The notes below the pieces were generated by a model, which was given only the letters and a program-made list of their open reading frames with translations, ran no database searches and was not told where the DNA came from. The position numbers and the translations under genes were made by a program. DNA of 64,000 nt from Candidatus Poribacteria bacterium (GTDB lineage: Bacteria > Poribacteria > WGA-4E > WGA-3G), in assembly GCA_965197475.1 (NCBI GenBank), contig CBDANF010000003.1:256001-320000 (forward strand), in the 5' to 3' direction. Below, in pieces: positions 1-10,800 of this stretch (within the stretch, counting starts at the first letter, position 1; each line of letters begins with the position of its first letter).

Positions 1-1
1 G

Positions 2-919
2 CAAAAGCCGTATAAATCTTTGATTGAGCATGAATTTCGCGAGGGCACCCGTTCAACAACATCACTTACTGAAAAATCGCGTCGGTTAGGTATTCGTTCC
101 AATCCGAAAGCAATGGTATATAGTTTGCCGTTGATTGCAAGCCACGTTGGTGCGGATGTCGCAGCAGATTTGGTCACTATTGACATGCAATCCCAAGACG
201 AAGTGATTATGTTAGTTGATGTCGGGACAAACACTGAAGTCGTTGTTGGGAATTCAAAGCGCATGGTTGCTGCTTCGTGTCCAGCCGGTCCAGCGTTTGA
301 GGGAGGCGGTATTGAATACGGAATGCCTGCATACCCGGGTGCGATTGAGGCGGTGAGATGGATAGAAGGTAAGATTGACTATGAGACAATTGGAAACGAA
401 ATGCCGCAAGGATTATGCGGTTCAGGTCTTATCTCCCTGCTGGCGGAACTGTGTCGGCACAATCAGATGACTCCAAAGGGCGTTTTTGCTGATAGAAAAC
501 AGCGGATAATGCCGCTTTTACCTGAACACGGTATTACTTTCTCACGCGATGATGCGAGCAATTTAGCACAAGCGAAGGCAGCAAACTATTGTGGGCAATA
601 TATTGTTTTACGTCATTTCGGATGTTCGCCGCAAGACATTACCAAACTCTTTTTAGCGGGCGGATTTGCGAACTATGTTAACACACAGGATGCCGTTGAG
701 ATAGGTTTCCTCACACCCGTCTCTGAGGATCGAATTGTCAAAATTGGGAATGCTGCAGTAGGCGGTGCGAAAGCGGTATTGCTTTCAAGAGAAAAACGTG
801 CGGATATTGAAGCTTTTGTCAAAAACATTGAGCATATTGAACTCGAAACGACACCAGATTTCTTTGAAATATTTGTAGAGGGATGTCAATTCAAACCGAT
901 GCCTACAGATATTAGTTAG
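2..919 (+). CDS. ASKHA/DUF4445 (RACo-like) corrinoid reductive activator, 5'-truncated by the window edge
   Basis: Motifs HVGAD, VDVGTNTE, CPAGPAFEGG, GLCGSG, LAGGFA, GNAA; frame is open back to position 2; lies next to a homocysteine methyltransferase. Confidence 0.85.
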   Translation, partial: QKPYKSLIEHEFREGTRSTTSLTEKSRRLGIRSNPKAMVYSLPLIASHVGADVAADLVTIDMQSQDEVIMLVDVGTNTEVVVGNSKRMVAASCPAGPAFEGGGIEYGMPAYPGAIEAVRWIEGKIDYETIGNEMPQGLCGSGLISLLAELCRHNQMTPKGVFADRKQRIMPLLPEHGITFSRDDASNLAQAKAANYCGQYIVLRHFGCSPQDITKLFLAGGFANYVNTQDAVEIGFLTPVSEDRIVKIGNAAVGGAKAVLLSREKRADIEAFVKNIEHIELETTPDFFEIFVEGCQFKPMPTDIS

Positions 920-942
920 TGAAAACGGAGGAGACACAATAA

Positions 943-1938
943 GTGATAGAGTTCCGTGAACGTTTGAAATCTGACATACCGATTCTATATGATGGCGGAT
1001 TTGGGTCGCAGCTCTTTGATCGCGACATACAACTCGCCAATAGTGCGCTTGCCAACGAATCGCACCCTGCAGATGTTGTCGGCATCCATTCAGATTATAT
1101 CAATGCTGGGGCAGATGCTATCGGCACAAATACATTTGTTGTTTCCCCACTTCACTTGCAAATGGCTGGTCAGGATAAATCGGATGCACAACGACTCACA
1201 CGGCTTGGGGTTCAACATGCAAAGAAAGCAGTTGCGGAGAGTGAAAGTGAAGTTTACATTACCGGTTCTGTTGGGCCATCGCCAGGTGCGATTGAAGCAG
1301 ATAGTGGTGATACCACCTTCGGTATTGCAAATGCTGAAGTTCGGGATGCACATAAACTGGTAATCCACACGCTTGCAGAAGAGGGTGTGGATTTTCTCTG
1401 TCTTGAAACGATGTTTTCAGCGAAAGAAGCAGCGATTGCTGTTGATATCGCCCGAGAAACTGGACTTCCAATAGCAGTAAACTTGACATACAAATGGACA
1501 AAAGAACGCCGATCCGGCAATATAGTATATAAAACCGACTGGGGGCATTCCGCTTTAGACTTGCTGCATCTCCTTGCGAGTGGAGAGTTTTCAAGTGGAG
1601 ACTCACTCTTAGATTACGTCAATATCATCGGTCTAAACTGCGGTGCGGAATCAAAGCGCGCCGAACATACGGGGATGCCTTACGCTATCACTGGAACCGA
1701 GCAACTACGTGCCGCATTGACAGAGATGGAGATTAACGGCATACGGATGATGGCATATCCAAACGCTGGCATGCCCGAACTTGATGAAAATTATAAAACT
1801 GTCTATACGCAGACCCCTGACGAGATGAAAGGTTATATCCCCGCTCTCATAGAAGCGGGCGCATACCTTATCGGCGGCTGTTGTGGCACGACTCCTGCAC
1901 ATATCAAAGCGTTCCGTGAGGCAATTGATGTAGACTAA
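943..1938 (+). CDS. Homocysteine S-methyltransferase family protein (stand-alone MetH N-terminal-like domain)
   Basis: DGGFGS, TNTF, ETM, GLNC, YPNAG and GGCCGTTP zinc-ligand motifs; GGAGG upstream. Confidence 0.9.
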   Translation: MIEFRERLKSDIPILYDGGFGSQLFDRDIQLANSALANESHPADVVGIHSDYINAGADAIGTNTFVVSPLHLQMAGQDKSDAQRLTRLGVQHAKKAVAESESEVYITGSVGPSPGAIEADSGDTTFGIANAEVRDAHKLVIHTLAEEGVDFLCLETMFSAKEAAIAVDIARETGLPIAVNLTYKWTKERRSGNIVYKTDWGHSALDLLHLLASGEFSSGDSLLDYVNIIGLNCGAESKRAEHTGMPYAITGTEQLRAALTEMEINGIRMMAYPNAGMPELDENYKTVYTQTPDEMKGYIPALIEAGAYLIGGCCGTTPAHIKAFREAIDVD

Positions 1939-1985
1939 CTTACGATTCGGACTTGAATTGTTTCATTCTTAAGATAAAAGAGATC

Positions 1986-2624
1986 ATGCGAACACGCGTT
2001 AAAATTTGTGGCATTACCAATCTTGAAGATGCAGAAACAGCAGTTGCAGCAGGAGCAGATGCTCTCGGATTTATTTTTGTCCCAGAGACACCACGTTACA
2101 TTAAACCCACCGAAGCAGCTCAAATCATGCGGATGTTACCACCTTTTATTACGACAGTTGGGGTCTTCAGAAATGCTGAACACAAGATAGTTGAGGATAT
2201 TGCAGCGCAATGTGGTTTAACGGCTGTTCAATTACACGGAACAGAATCACCGGAATTTTGCACGCAACTCTCATTACCTGTTATTAAGGTATTTGAATTA
2301 CAAAGCGAAGAGGATTTACAAACCTTGCATGATTACGAGGTGAGTGCTTATCTCGTAGATAAACCAAAATCGATCTCCTCAGGCACGATCAATTTGGAAT
2401 TGGCACTGAAGGCGCGACATCACACGAGAAAGTTGATTCTTGCAGGCGGTTTAACCCCAGAAAATGTTGCAGAGGTAATCCAATATGTTAAGCCTTATGC
2501 AGTTGACGTTGCAAGCGGAGTCGAATCGGAGAAACGCAAGAAGGATTCAAGAAAAATTATGGCGTTCATCAGAGCTGTTAGGGAAACTGATGCGAAATTG
2601 CCTATGGATCAGGAGTGGAACTAA
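1986..2624 (+). CDS. trpF: Phosphoribosylanthranilate isomerase
   Basis: RVKICGIT, VQLHG, LAGGL, DVASGVE; ATG at 1986 preferred over the ORF-track start. Confidence 0.95.
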   Translation: MRTRVKICGITNLEDAETAVAAGADALGFIFVPETPRYIKPTEAAQIMRMLPPFITTVGVFRNAEHKIVEDIAAQCGLTAVQLHGTESPEFCTQLSLPVIKVFELQSEEDLQTLHDYEVSAYLVDKPKSISSGTINLELALKARHHTRKLILAGGLTPENVAEVIQYVKPYAVDVASGVESEKRKKDSRKIMAFIRAVRETDAKLPMDQEWN

Positions 2625-2632
2625 GAAGAACG

Positions 2633-3139
2633 ATGAAAACCATAACGCTGACCTATAAAAGACTACCTGATCGGGTCAATTATTTTCAACAGCAGTTGCT
2701 TTACGAAAACAAAGAGGTTATTGTCACATCTCAGCGGGTAAAACCTTCTTCACCAATCGTTTTGAACGGTGAGACAGTTTTAGGAGATAATTTCACAGCA
2801 GTCTGGTTTGTATTTACAGGATTGTGGTATGACATCGGTAAAATCTATAATCTTAATAATGAATGGACCGGCTATTATTGTGATATAATAATGCCTACCA
2901 AGCGGAGTTCAGATGAATTCGAGATTGTTGACCTGTTTCTTGATTTGTGGGTATCACCCGATGGTAGTTATGAAATCCAAGATGAGGACGAATTTGAAAC
3001 TGCCCTTGCAGAAGGTGTTATCGGCACCGAATTAGCAGAGAAAACCCGGAATGCCCTAAACGACTTAATCAATGAGGTTGCATCAGGAAGATTTCCACCT
3101 GAATTTGTGAAAAACTTTCCAATTTCTATTAACAATTAA
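2633..3139 (+). CDS. DUF402 domain protein
   Basis: GYYCDI, DLFLDLWV and QDEDEF acidic motifs typical of DUF402. Confidence 0.8.
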   Translation: MKTITLTYKRLPDRVNYFQQQLLYENKEVIVTSQRVKPSSPIVLNGETVLGDNFTAVWFVFTGLWYDIGKIYNLNNEWTGYYCDIIMPTKRSSDEFEIVDLFLDLWVSPDGSYEIQDEDEFETALAEGVIGTELAEKTRNALNDLINEVASGRFPPEFVKNFPISINN

Positions 3140-3186
3140 TGGTATTATTCCGTTACATTGATTGAAAATGCCTATGGAGTTTTGAC

Positions 3187-4398
3187 ATGGCAATTTTAGC
3201 AATAAATAGCGGTGAACCTATCCGCACTAAGCCTTATCCAACGTGGCCCACTCTTGATTCCGCTGATTTAGAGGTGTTTGAGAGTATCTACAACAGCGGG
3301 CAATGGGGTGCTGGTGAGACAAAAGTTCCTGAATTTGCGAAACAATTTGCTGAATTTCAAGGTGCAAAATATGGCGTTTGCGTCAATAGCGGTACTTCCG
3401 CACTCTATATTGCCTTAAAAGCGGCTGATGTAGGTCCAGGCGATGAGGTAATTACCACCGCGTATACATTTCAAGCTACTGTTGTCGCTATTCTGATGGC
3501 ACACGCCGTGCCTGTTTTTGTTGATACCGCGCCTGATAGTTTTCTGTTAGATGTTTCTAAAATTGAAGACGTGATTACGGAGAAGACGAAAATAATTCTA
3601 CCGGTTCACATTGGGGGATACCCAGCTGATCTTGATGCGCTTGTAGATATTGCTAATCGACATAACCTTAAGATTATTGAGGATTGTGCGCAAGCGCATG
3701 GTGCAGAATGGCGTGGCAGGGGTGTGGGGAGTTGGGGACATTTCGGATGCTTCAGTTTTCAATCATCCAAGAACCTTTGTGCTGGTGAAGGTGGCATCAT
3801 TCTGATGAATGATAGAGAACTCTATGAACGGGCATGGGCATTGCACAACTGTGGACGTCCGGCACCGAATGCAGAATTCGGTAATATAGAACCGTTCGGT
3901 GGAAATTTCAGAATGACAGAATGGCAAGGAGCACTTCTTCTTTCACGTTTAGCGAGACTTGAAGCGGAAACTAACTACAGACACATGAATATGCGCTGGT
4001 TAGATGGATGGTTTGGTGAAATTCCGGGTATAAAGGTTACGCCGCTTGACCCACGTGCGACCCGATGTGGTTCGCATGGCTATAAGGCAATTTTCAATTC
4101 TGAGGAGTTTGAGGGTATCTCACGCAAAATGTTTCTTGATGCAATACGTGCTGAAGGTATTCCTATCGGGTATTGGTATAACACACCGATGTATCGCGCC
4201 TCGTTCCTAAAATCTAACCTGTTTGGTCAAAACCTTGACTATTCGGATGTTGAATGTCCTGAAACTGAGAAATTATGTCAAACAGGCCTTGCCCTTGGTC
4301 AAAATGTTTTGATGGGAAGTGAAGAGGATATGGAAGACATCATCAAGGCTGCCGTGAAAATTCGCCGTAATGTAGGCGAATTGAAAGAAGGTTCATAA
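3187..4398 (+). CDS. DegT/DnrJ/EryC1/StrS family PLP-dependent aminotransferase
   Basis: NSGTSAL, IEDCAQAHG, FSFQSSKNL (PLP lysine), GEGG. Confidence 0.92.
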   Translation: MAILAINSGEPIRTKPYPTWPTLDSADLEVFESIYNSGQWGAGETKVPEFAKQFAEFQGAKYGVCVNSGTSALYIALKAADVGPGDEVITTAYTFQATVVAILMAHAVPVFVDTAPDSFLLDVSKIEDVITEKTKIILPVHIGGYPADLDALVDIANRHNLKIIEDCAQAHGAEWRGRGVGSWGHFGCFSFQSSKNLCAGEGGIILMNDRELYERAWALHNCGRPAPNAEFGNIEPFGGNFRMTEWQGALLLSRLARLEAETNYRHMNMRWLDGWFGEIPGIKVTPLDPRATRCGSHGYKAIFNSEEFEGISRKMFLDAIRAEGIPIGYWYNTPMYRASFLKSNLFGQNLDYSDVECPETEKLCQTGLALGQNVLMGSEEDMEDIIKAAVKIRRNVGELKEGS

Positions 4399-4555
4399 TA
4401 CATTAATTTTACATTTATTCCTATCTTTTCATCCCTTCACAGTCATCAATTAGGACAAAATTAGAAAAAATGCTATTTTTCTGAAAATTTTACTATCTTT
4501 TCTGTATGTGAGAGACTCTATAATATCAAATGCGTCCATATTAAGGAGATTTAAA

Positions 4556-5104
4556 ATGAGTAATGAACGTGAAACCCAAAAGGAAGTTCGGAGAATTGTC
4601 CGAATGTTAGAGGCAACAACAAGGCTTCTTGAGAAACCTTCTGTTTTAGACAATTTTTCGAATGGTGAAGCAAGGTGCATCCGACAATTCAACAACGCGC
4701 TGGCACGCTTAAATGATTTGGAGGCACTGCCAGAGGGATTATTTGAACCTTTAAATGAAGATGCATCCGTTGGTGACATCGGCTATGCATATCATCAAGT
4801 TGCCACGTATCTCAAAGAAGGGATGAATAATTTCGATTTCGACTTTAAGCGAGAGAAGGAAACGATCGGCAATGTGATGAAAGATGTTGGGGATGTTGTA
4901 GCTCGCAACATCTTTAGTGCAAGGGAAATGGATTCAGAGGAGGATCAATCTTCGGAATCTACAATTGAGATTGTTGAAGTAGAGGAAGATAAACCCGATC
5001 CCGTTGAACCGCGCCTTGACAAATTAGAGGAGCAGATGGGAACTGTTGTTGAGATACTTCAAGAACTTCGATCCAAAAAGGCAAAAAAAGATGAAAAGAA
5101 GTAG
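4556..5104 (+). CDS. Hypothetical protein with acidic/coiled-coil C-terminus
   Basis: AAGGAG upstream of ATG 4556; long ORF, no family recognised. Confidence 0.7.
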   Translation: MSNERETQKEVRRIVRMLEATTRLLEKPSVLDNFSNGEARCIRQFNNALARLNDLEALPEGLFEPLNEDASVGDIGYAYHQVATYLKEGMNNFDFDFKREKETIGNVMKDVGDVVARNIFSAREMDSEEDQSSESTIEIVEVEEDKPDPVEPRLDKLEEQMGTVVEILQELRSKKAKKDEKK

Positions 5105-5326
5105 AGCAAACATCACTCGCGCATGATGAAGTGTTGAATATTGTTCAGCAATAGCATAGTATGAAAGCGCGCTTTGCAACAATCAATATCAAAGAGTTTT
5201 AAGCTCCTCAGGATATTGCTGAGTAATACCGAAACTTATGAAAGGCATCATATACCGTTGTTTTGGGAAATCTATATCAAGCATTTGTAAAAAAACAGAT
5301 GTATACCGAATTATAGGAGAAACACC

Positions 5327-6115
5327 ATGAAACGCAAACAATACTAGGGGCTTGCCTCTCTCATCATTTTACTGGCTGCAGCCGCCGTGTTGTGGGTTCG
5401 ACACGAACGCGCAGATATCCGGCAACTTGAACAGGAAGCTGCTGAGGCAGACAAACTGTTAGAGGAAAGCGAGAAGGAAAAAGAAATACCAGAGGAAGTA
5501 AACGTTGGCAGTGTCGACACTAAAGAAGATAATAAAGGAAAGGTCTCTGATGCTGATGTAGAGAAATTTCTTAAGGCACTTGCTGCGGAGGGAAAAGTCT
5601 CTGATGCTGATGTAGAGAAATTACTCAAAGAGGTTGCTGCAGAGAAGGAAGAAGAGGAAAAGGAAGACCTCTCGGCTGAAGAGATGGCAAAACGAGAAAA
5701 TCGGCGAAAGGCGAAGGAACTCTGGGAAAAAATAGGCAAAATAATACAGGGTGCTGGTGGCGGTATACACTCTTCTACGCACCCAGAAGAAATGCAAGAG
5801 TTGGTTCGCCTTATTGAAGGAGCCGCAGGAGGTCCCACCATACTTACCGAGATGAATAATACAGCAATGATGCTCCAGAAATATATAAACGCAAACGGTG
5901 AGGTGCGTACTTCCGATCTCTTAAAAATAGCAGATTACTATGAATCAGAACTCGGCGAACTTGGCGAACTCATCGATCCCCGTACCGCAACAGTTTATCG
6001 CAACATGGCACGATATGCCACCATTAAAGGCTGCGAGGTAATTAATCTCTACGAGATCATAAATGCTGACGATTTTGAAGAAGTTCTGAAGGCTCACGAT
6101 GAGTCGACCAAATGA
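5327..6115 (+). pseudogene. Membrane-anchored hypothetical protein interrupted by an in-frame TAG at codon 7
   Basis: AGGAGA then ATG 5327 reads MKRKQY*GLASLIILLAAAAVLW, in frame with ORF 5387..6115; TAG at 5345-5347. Confidence 0.7.
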
Positions 6116-6182
6116 TGCCCAAGCCTCGGAGGACTTTTACGACATTAAGTCTCTATTCCTTACAATAATAATCAAAACTGCG

Positions 6183-6277
6183 TAATACCAAATTAACCGG
6201 ATTTATCTTATTTTTCTGGGTATTAGGCGCGCTTACAAAGCGTGCCTACCGAGTGAGATCAAGTTAATTTGATATAA
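6183..6277. repeat. MITE/REP-like ~95-bp palindromic element, copy 1
   Basis: Ends TAATACCAAATTAAC...GTTAATTTGATATAA with an internal GTAGGC-type hairpin; reverse-complement copy at 21304-21400. Confidence 0.75.
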
Positions 6278-6287
6278 GTCTAATTTT

Positions 6288-6497
6288 GTGCCCTATCTCT
6301 TTCGTGGTCACTCTTATGCGAAAATCAGCGAATACGAAAAATCTATTACCGATTTTAACGAGGCAAAAGAACTGGATCAGAAATTAACTGAAGACTCATA
6401 CCCACGTTTTTTATTTCCAATGCCTGTGTTAATCCGCCAGCCTGACATATATCTATGCCCAGCACTGCACAGTTGGGAAGTAGATTTATTACCCTAA
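6288..6497 (+). pseudogene. TPR-repeat gene remnant
   Basis: YLFRGHSYAKISEYEKSITDFNEAKELD fits one TPR unit; starts just after the repeat element with no clear RBS. Confidence 0.45.
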
Positions 6498-6516
6498 TAT
6501 TGTCATACGAGAAAAA

Positions 6517-6932
6517 ATGCAATTCCCAACAAATTAATACTACCAACCACACTAATTCTTTTATCCCTCACCATCGGCTGCGGTCCTGACTCGGAGTTCA
6601 AAAGCCCTTGCAAGGGGTCTTGGATTTCGCGGTGCGCGGCAAATACCAAAATCATTATAATTGGTCCCTATAGGACAGAGTGTCCAAGTTTTTCTGGAGA
6701 AGATTGCTATCTCGAATTCAACGAGGAGAGGCAGCGGTGGGAGTTTTTCTATGAAGGCATACGGGGATTTAACTTTGAGCCAGGATTTATCTATAGGCTG
6801 AAAGTCAGTCTCCATGAACGACCTGAGGGGATTCAGGATGTGGGACGGTATGAATATCGTCTCGTAGAAGTGATAAGCGAGGAGGAAGCATCGATTGATG
6901 AGAGACCTCCGCGAAAACCGTCAACAGAGTAG
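6517..6932 (+). pseudogene. DUF4377-like lipoprotein, frameshifted near the start (absent from the ORF track)
   Basis: Open frame 6522-6932 reads NKLILPTTLILLSLTIGC...IGPYRTECPSFSGEDCY...WEFFYEGIRGFNFEPGFIYRLKV...YEYRLVEVI; the nearby ATG at 6517 is out of frame. Confidence 0.7.
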
Positions 6933-6966
6933 TCAAACCCTATCGGTATGCTTTGCATGCACAACA

Positions 6967-7788
6967 CTATCTTCCATGAATCGCTCGTAGATCTAGCCGG
7001 GCATCAACATCATCCGATACAGCATTTGTCCAATCCACATCGTCAGTGCTTTGCAAACTCATCAGTGCAACGTTTACCATCGGGTTTGAGAGAGAATAGT
7101 TGAGTAGAAAACTATCCACATCAACCGCTGCCATCTCGTTGGGAAAGCAGTGTTTCATAAGATTTTGGAAAACATTACTTGTAGTGGAGCGCATCAGTAC
7201 AATACCCATGTCTTGTGCGACAGCATCAGGAATGACACCGCGTCTGCCGAATGTATCACAAGTGTTTTGATACATCAGATTGTAATGGATTTGCATCATA
7301 TCAAACTCACCAGTGGCAATCAGTTGTTCTGTGCCTCCAGAAGGACCATCCGCAGAAAATCCGATAAACCGCACTTTTCCCTCTTCCTTCAGCTTGAGAT
7401 ATTTTTCCAAGCCTCCACCGTTCAGAATCTGTTCCGTTTCTTTTGCATAGAACCAACCACCATGAAATTGAATCACATCAATATAATCAGTGCCGAGTCG
7501 TTGTAAGCTGCCTGCCACATCCGCTGCAATACCATCTGGATCAAACGCCTCCGTTTTGGTTGCGACGATACAAGCGTCCCGACGATCTGCTATCGCCTTA
7601 CCGATAACTGTTTCGCTGTAACCGCCACCGTAGGTAGGTGCCGTGTCTATGAAGTTCAGTCCGTGGTCTATGGCGTAATGGATCATATTGACAAGCGACT
7701 TTTCATCATGCTCTGGACGAACTCGACCGCCACCGTAGCCGATTTCTGAAACACGGAGTCCGGTTTTACCGAGTGTGCAATACTGCAT
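6967..7788 (-). CDS. Aldo/keto reductase
   Basis: LGKTGLRVSEIG, FIDTAPTYGGG.SE, SLQRLGTDYID, GKVRFIGFS. Confidence 0.92.
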   Translation of the reverse strand: MQYCTLGKTGLRVSEIGYGGGRVRPEHDEKSLVNMIHYAIDHGLNFIDTAPTYGGGYSETVIGKAIADRRDACIVATKTEAFDPDGIAADVAGSLQRLGTDYIDVIQFHGGWFYAKETEQILNGGGLEKYLKLKEEGKVRFIGFSADGPSGGTEQLIATGEFDMMQIHYNLMYQNTCDTFGRRGVIPDAVAQDMGIVLMRSTTSNVFQNLMKHCFPNEMAAVDVDSFLLNYSLSNPMVNVALMSLQSTDDVDWTNAVSDDVDARLDLRAIHGR

Positions 7789-7862
7789 AATAAGTGAATC
7801 TCCTCTCGCCCAATTTAGCGGGAATACATTACCGTTGCCCTATCCTAAACTAAGGATTGTTC

Positions 7863-10800
7863 TTAAACATAATTCATCCGGGAAGTGCGCTTTCCATTTT
7901 TACTTTTTGGCTTCGTTCGATTGCTTCGTTTGATGCAATTCTCTCCGAATAGATTTTCCACCTGTTTGAAAACTGAATCGTCATCCACAATCTTATAGTT
8001 AGGACTACATCGCGCGATGACTTCGCCGAAACGTGGAGTCATGAGCCGCAAAATCAGGTCAAGCTTGCCCTTGTTAGCAAGCGCAAGCTCCTTGAGAGTT
8101 TTTAGTTTGTCAAGGTTGTCAAGATCAGATTCCGGAATTGTAACCTCAGCTGCATAAGTCTGTTGCTCAGGAACAACTTCTATATCAACAATTTCGTCTG
8201 CTTGAATTTGACGCTCCTCTACTTCGGTTTCGTCATCAGAATTCCGATTTTTGCTGCCGTTCTGATTAATTTTGACTGTTCCTTCAATCCAAACTATCCT
8301 TCCTTCAAAGAGTTCCCCCGCTTTTTTATATGCCTCAGGAAAAACAACAACCTCTATTGATCCCTCAAGGTCCTCAAACTCAAGGACTGCCATGGAGTCC
8401 CCTTTCCTCGTGGTAAGATTTTTAACATCAGTTATCATTCCTGCTACTGAAACTGTGGACTCAATGGGGTGTCCGCCAAGGGTTTGGGTGCTTGCAGATG
8501 TATAATATTCGATGATGTCCTTATATTCTTGGAGCGGGTGTCCGGAGACATAAAATCCGAGTTGTTCTTTTTCCAGCTTAAGCCGTTCCAAGGGGGCATA
8601 TTCCGTCGCCTCCGTGAGGGTTACGGTTGTCGTCTGTATATCAGCTGCGTCCTCAAAAAGATTCATCTGTCCGCGCTCTCGTTCTGCCTGTGCGCTCTGT
8701 GCTATTTTCAAGACACTTTCCAAGTTAGCATGGAGTTGCGCCCGATGTCCTTCAAATGTATCAAATGCACCGCTTAAAATAAGGCCTTCAATAGCACGTT
8801 TATTGACCACTTTTGTATCCACGCGCTCACAGAAATCTTGCAGCGATGTAAACGAACCCCCTTCCTTTCGTGCTTCCACAATTGCGTTTATTGCGTTATC
8901 GCCAACACCTTTTACAGCAACAAGTCCGAAACAGATATCATTGCCGTCTACCATGAAATCTTTATTGCAGTTGTTGACATCTGGTGGAAGCACGTTGATT
9001 TCAATACCGAGGAAGTCAGCAAGTTTTGTACATTCCGCTCGATAGCGAGTGATCTTGTCTGAGTCGCCTGCTTCTCCGGTCATCATTGCTGCCATGAATT
9101 CGTGCGGATAGTGCGTTTTCAGATACGCCATGCGGTAAGCTAACATAGCGTAAGCGACAGAGTGTGATTTGTTGAAGGCGTATCCACTGAACGGTTCAAG
9201 GAGGTCGTATATTTCTTCTGCATCTTTTTTAGAGATTTCATTTTTGAGGGCACCCTCAACGAACTTCTCTCGCTGCGCTTGGAGCAGCTCCGGGTTTTTC
9301 TTACCCATAGCGGAACGCAGCACATCTGCTTCTCCAAGGGTAAAACCTGCCATATCACGTGTGATCTGCATCACCTGTTCCTGATATACACACACACCGT
9401 AAGTGTTTTTGAGTGCGTTCTCAAGCAACGGGTGAATAAATTCTACCTTTTCCAATCCATTTTTCCGATCAATAAACTGCTGCGTCATGCCGCTTTTATT
9501 TGGACCTGGACGATATAAAGCGGGAATTGCGCAGAAATCCTCAAAGTTGTCCGCCTTGAGTTGCGTCACAACCCGATACATGCCAGGGGAAGTTTCAAGT
9601 TGGAACAAGCCTGCAATCAATCCTTTGCTGATCAGTGAATAGACTTGTTCATCGTCAAAGGGAATATCCTCTAACTTGATATCCTTGCCATGATTCGCCT
9701 TAATCATTTGGAGGCAGTCATGAATCTCAGTGAGACTACGGACACCGAGGAAATCAAATTTGACGATACCGACATCTTCAACAATTTTTCCTTCAAACTG
9801 TGTTGCGACCTGGTCAGTTTTATCCTTGAACAACGGCACGTAATTAGTCAGGGGACCATTTGAAATGACGATAGCGGAAGCATGACAAGAAACGTGCCGT
9901 TTCATGCCTTCGACAGCTCTGCTGAGATCCATCAATTCTTTATTTTCTGGCTGCGCGGCAAGTGCCTGAAATTCGGGCACCTGTTCCAATGCTTCATCAA
10001 GCGTAATACCTGGGGTGCTTGGAATTAGCTGCGTTAACTTGTTAACATTTTCGAGGGGGACTTCAAGTGAGCGTCCGACATCTTTGATAGCGGCTTTCGC
10101 TCCCAAGGTCGCAAAGGTAGCAACTTTACCAACAGAATCATGACCGTACTTATTAACGAGATACTCAATGACGTGATCGCGTGCGCGGTCTGCAAAGTCT
10201 ATGTCAATATCAGGTGGACTAATCCGTTCAAGGTTCAAAAATCTTTCAAATATGCAGTCATAATCCATTGGATTGAAAGTTATTACACCAAGAGCATACA
10301 GTACAAGACTGCTGGCGGCGGACCCGCGCGCGGTGAGCGGATTTCCCTGCTTGTTTGCATAATTAACGTAATCCCAGACAATCAGAAAATAGCCAGGGTA
10401 ACCGGTCTTACTAATAATATCAAGTTCGTAATCCAGACGATGTTGAACTTCAGAGGAGAGTTCTCCACCCAATTTTTCACGTAACCCTTGGTAACAGAGC
10501 TCCTTTAGGTAACTATCATTTGTGTGTCCTTCCGGAACCTCATATTTCGGCATCACACTCTTGCCATAATCGAGTTTGAGATTACACCTTTTAGCGATTT
10601 CAAGTGTGTTGCTGATAGCTTCAGGTGGATAATTCTTAAGCACCTCTCGCATTTCGCTAACGTCTTTAAAATAGAAATGATTATCAAATCGCATCCGGTC
10701 TGGGTCATTGACAGTTTTCTTTGTTTGGATACAGAGGAGCACATCGTGCATGTGATGGTCGGATTTGCGGAGGTAATGGCAATCGTTTGTGCCAATGAGA

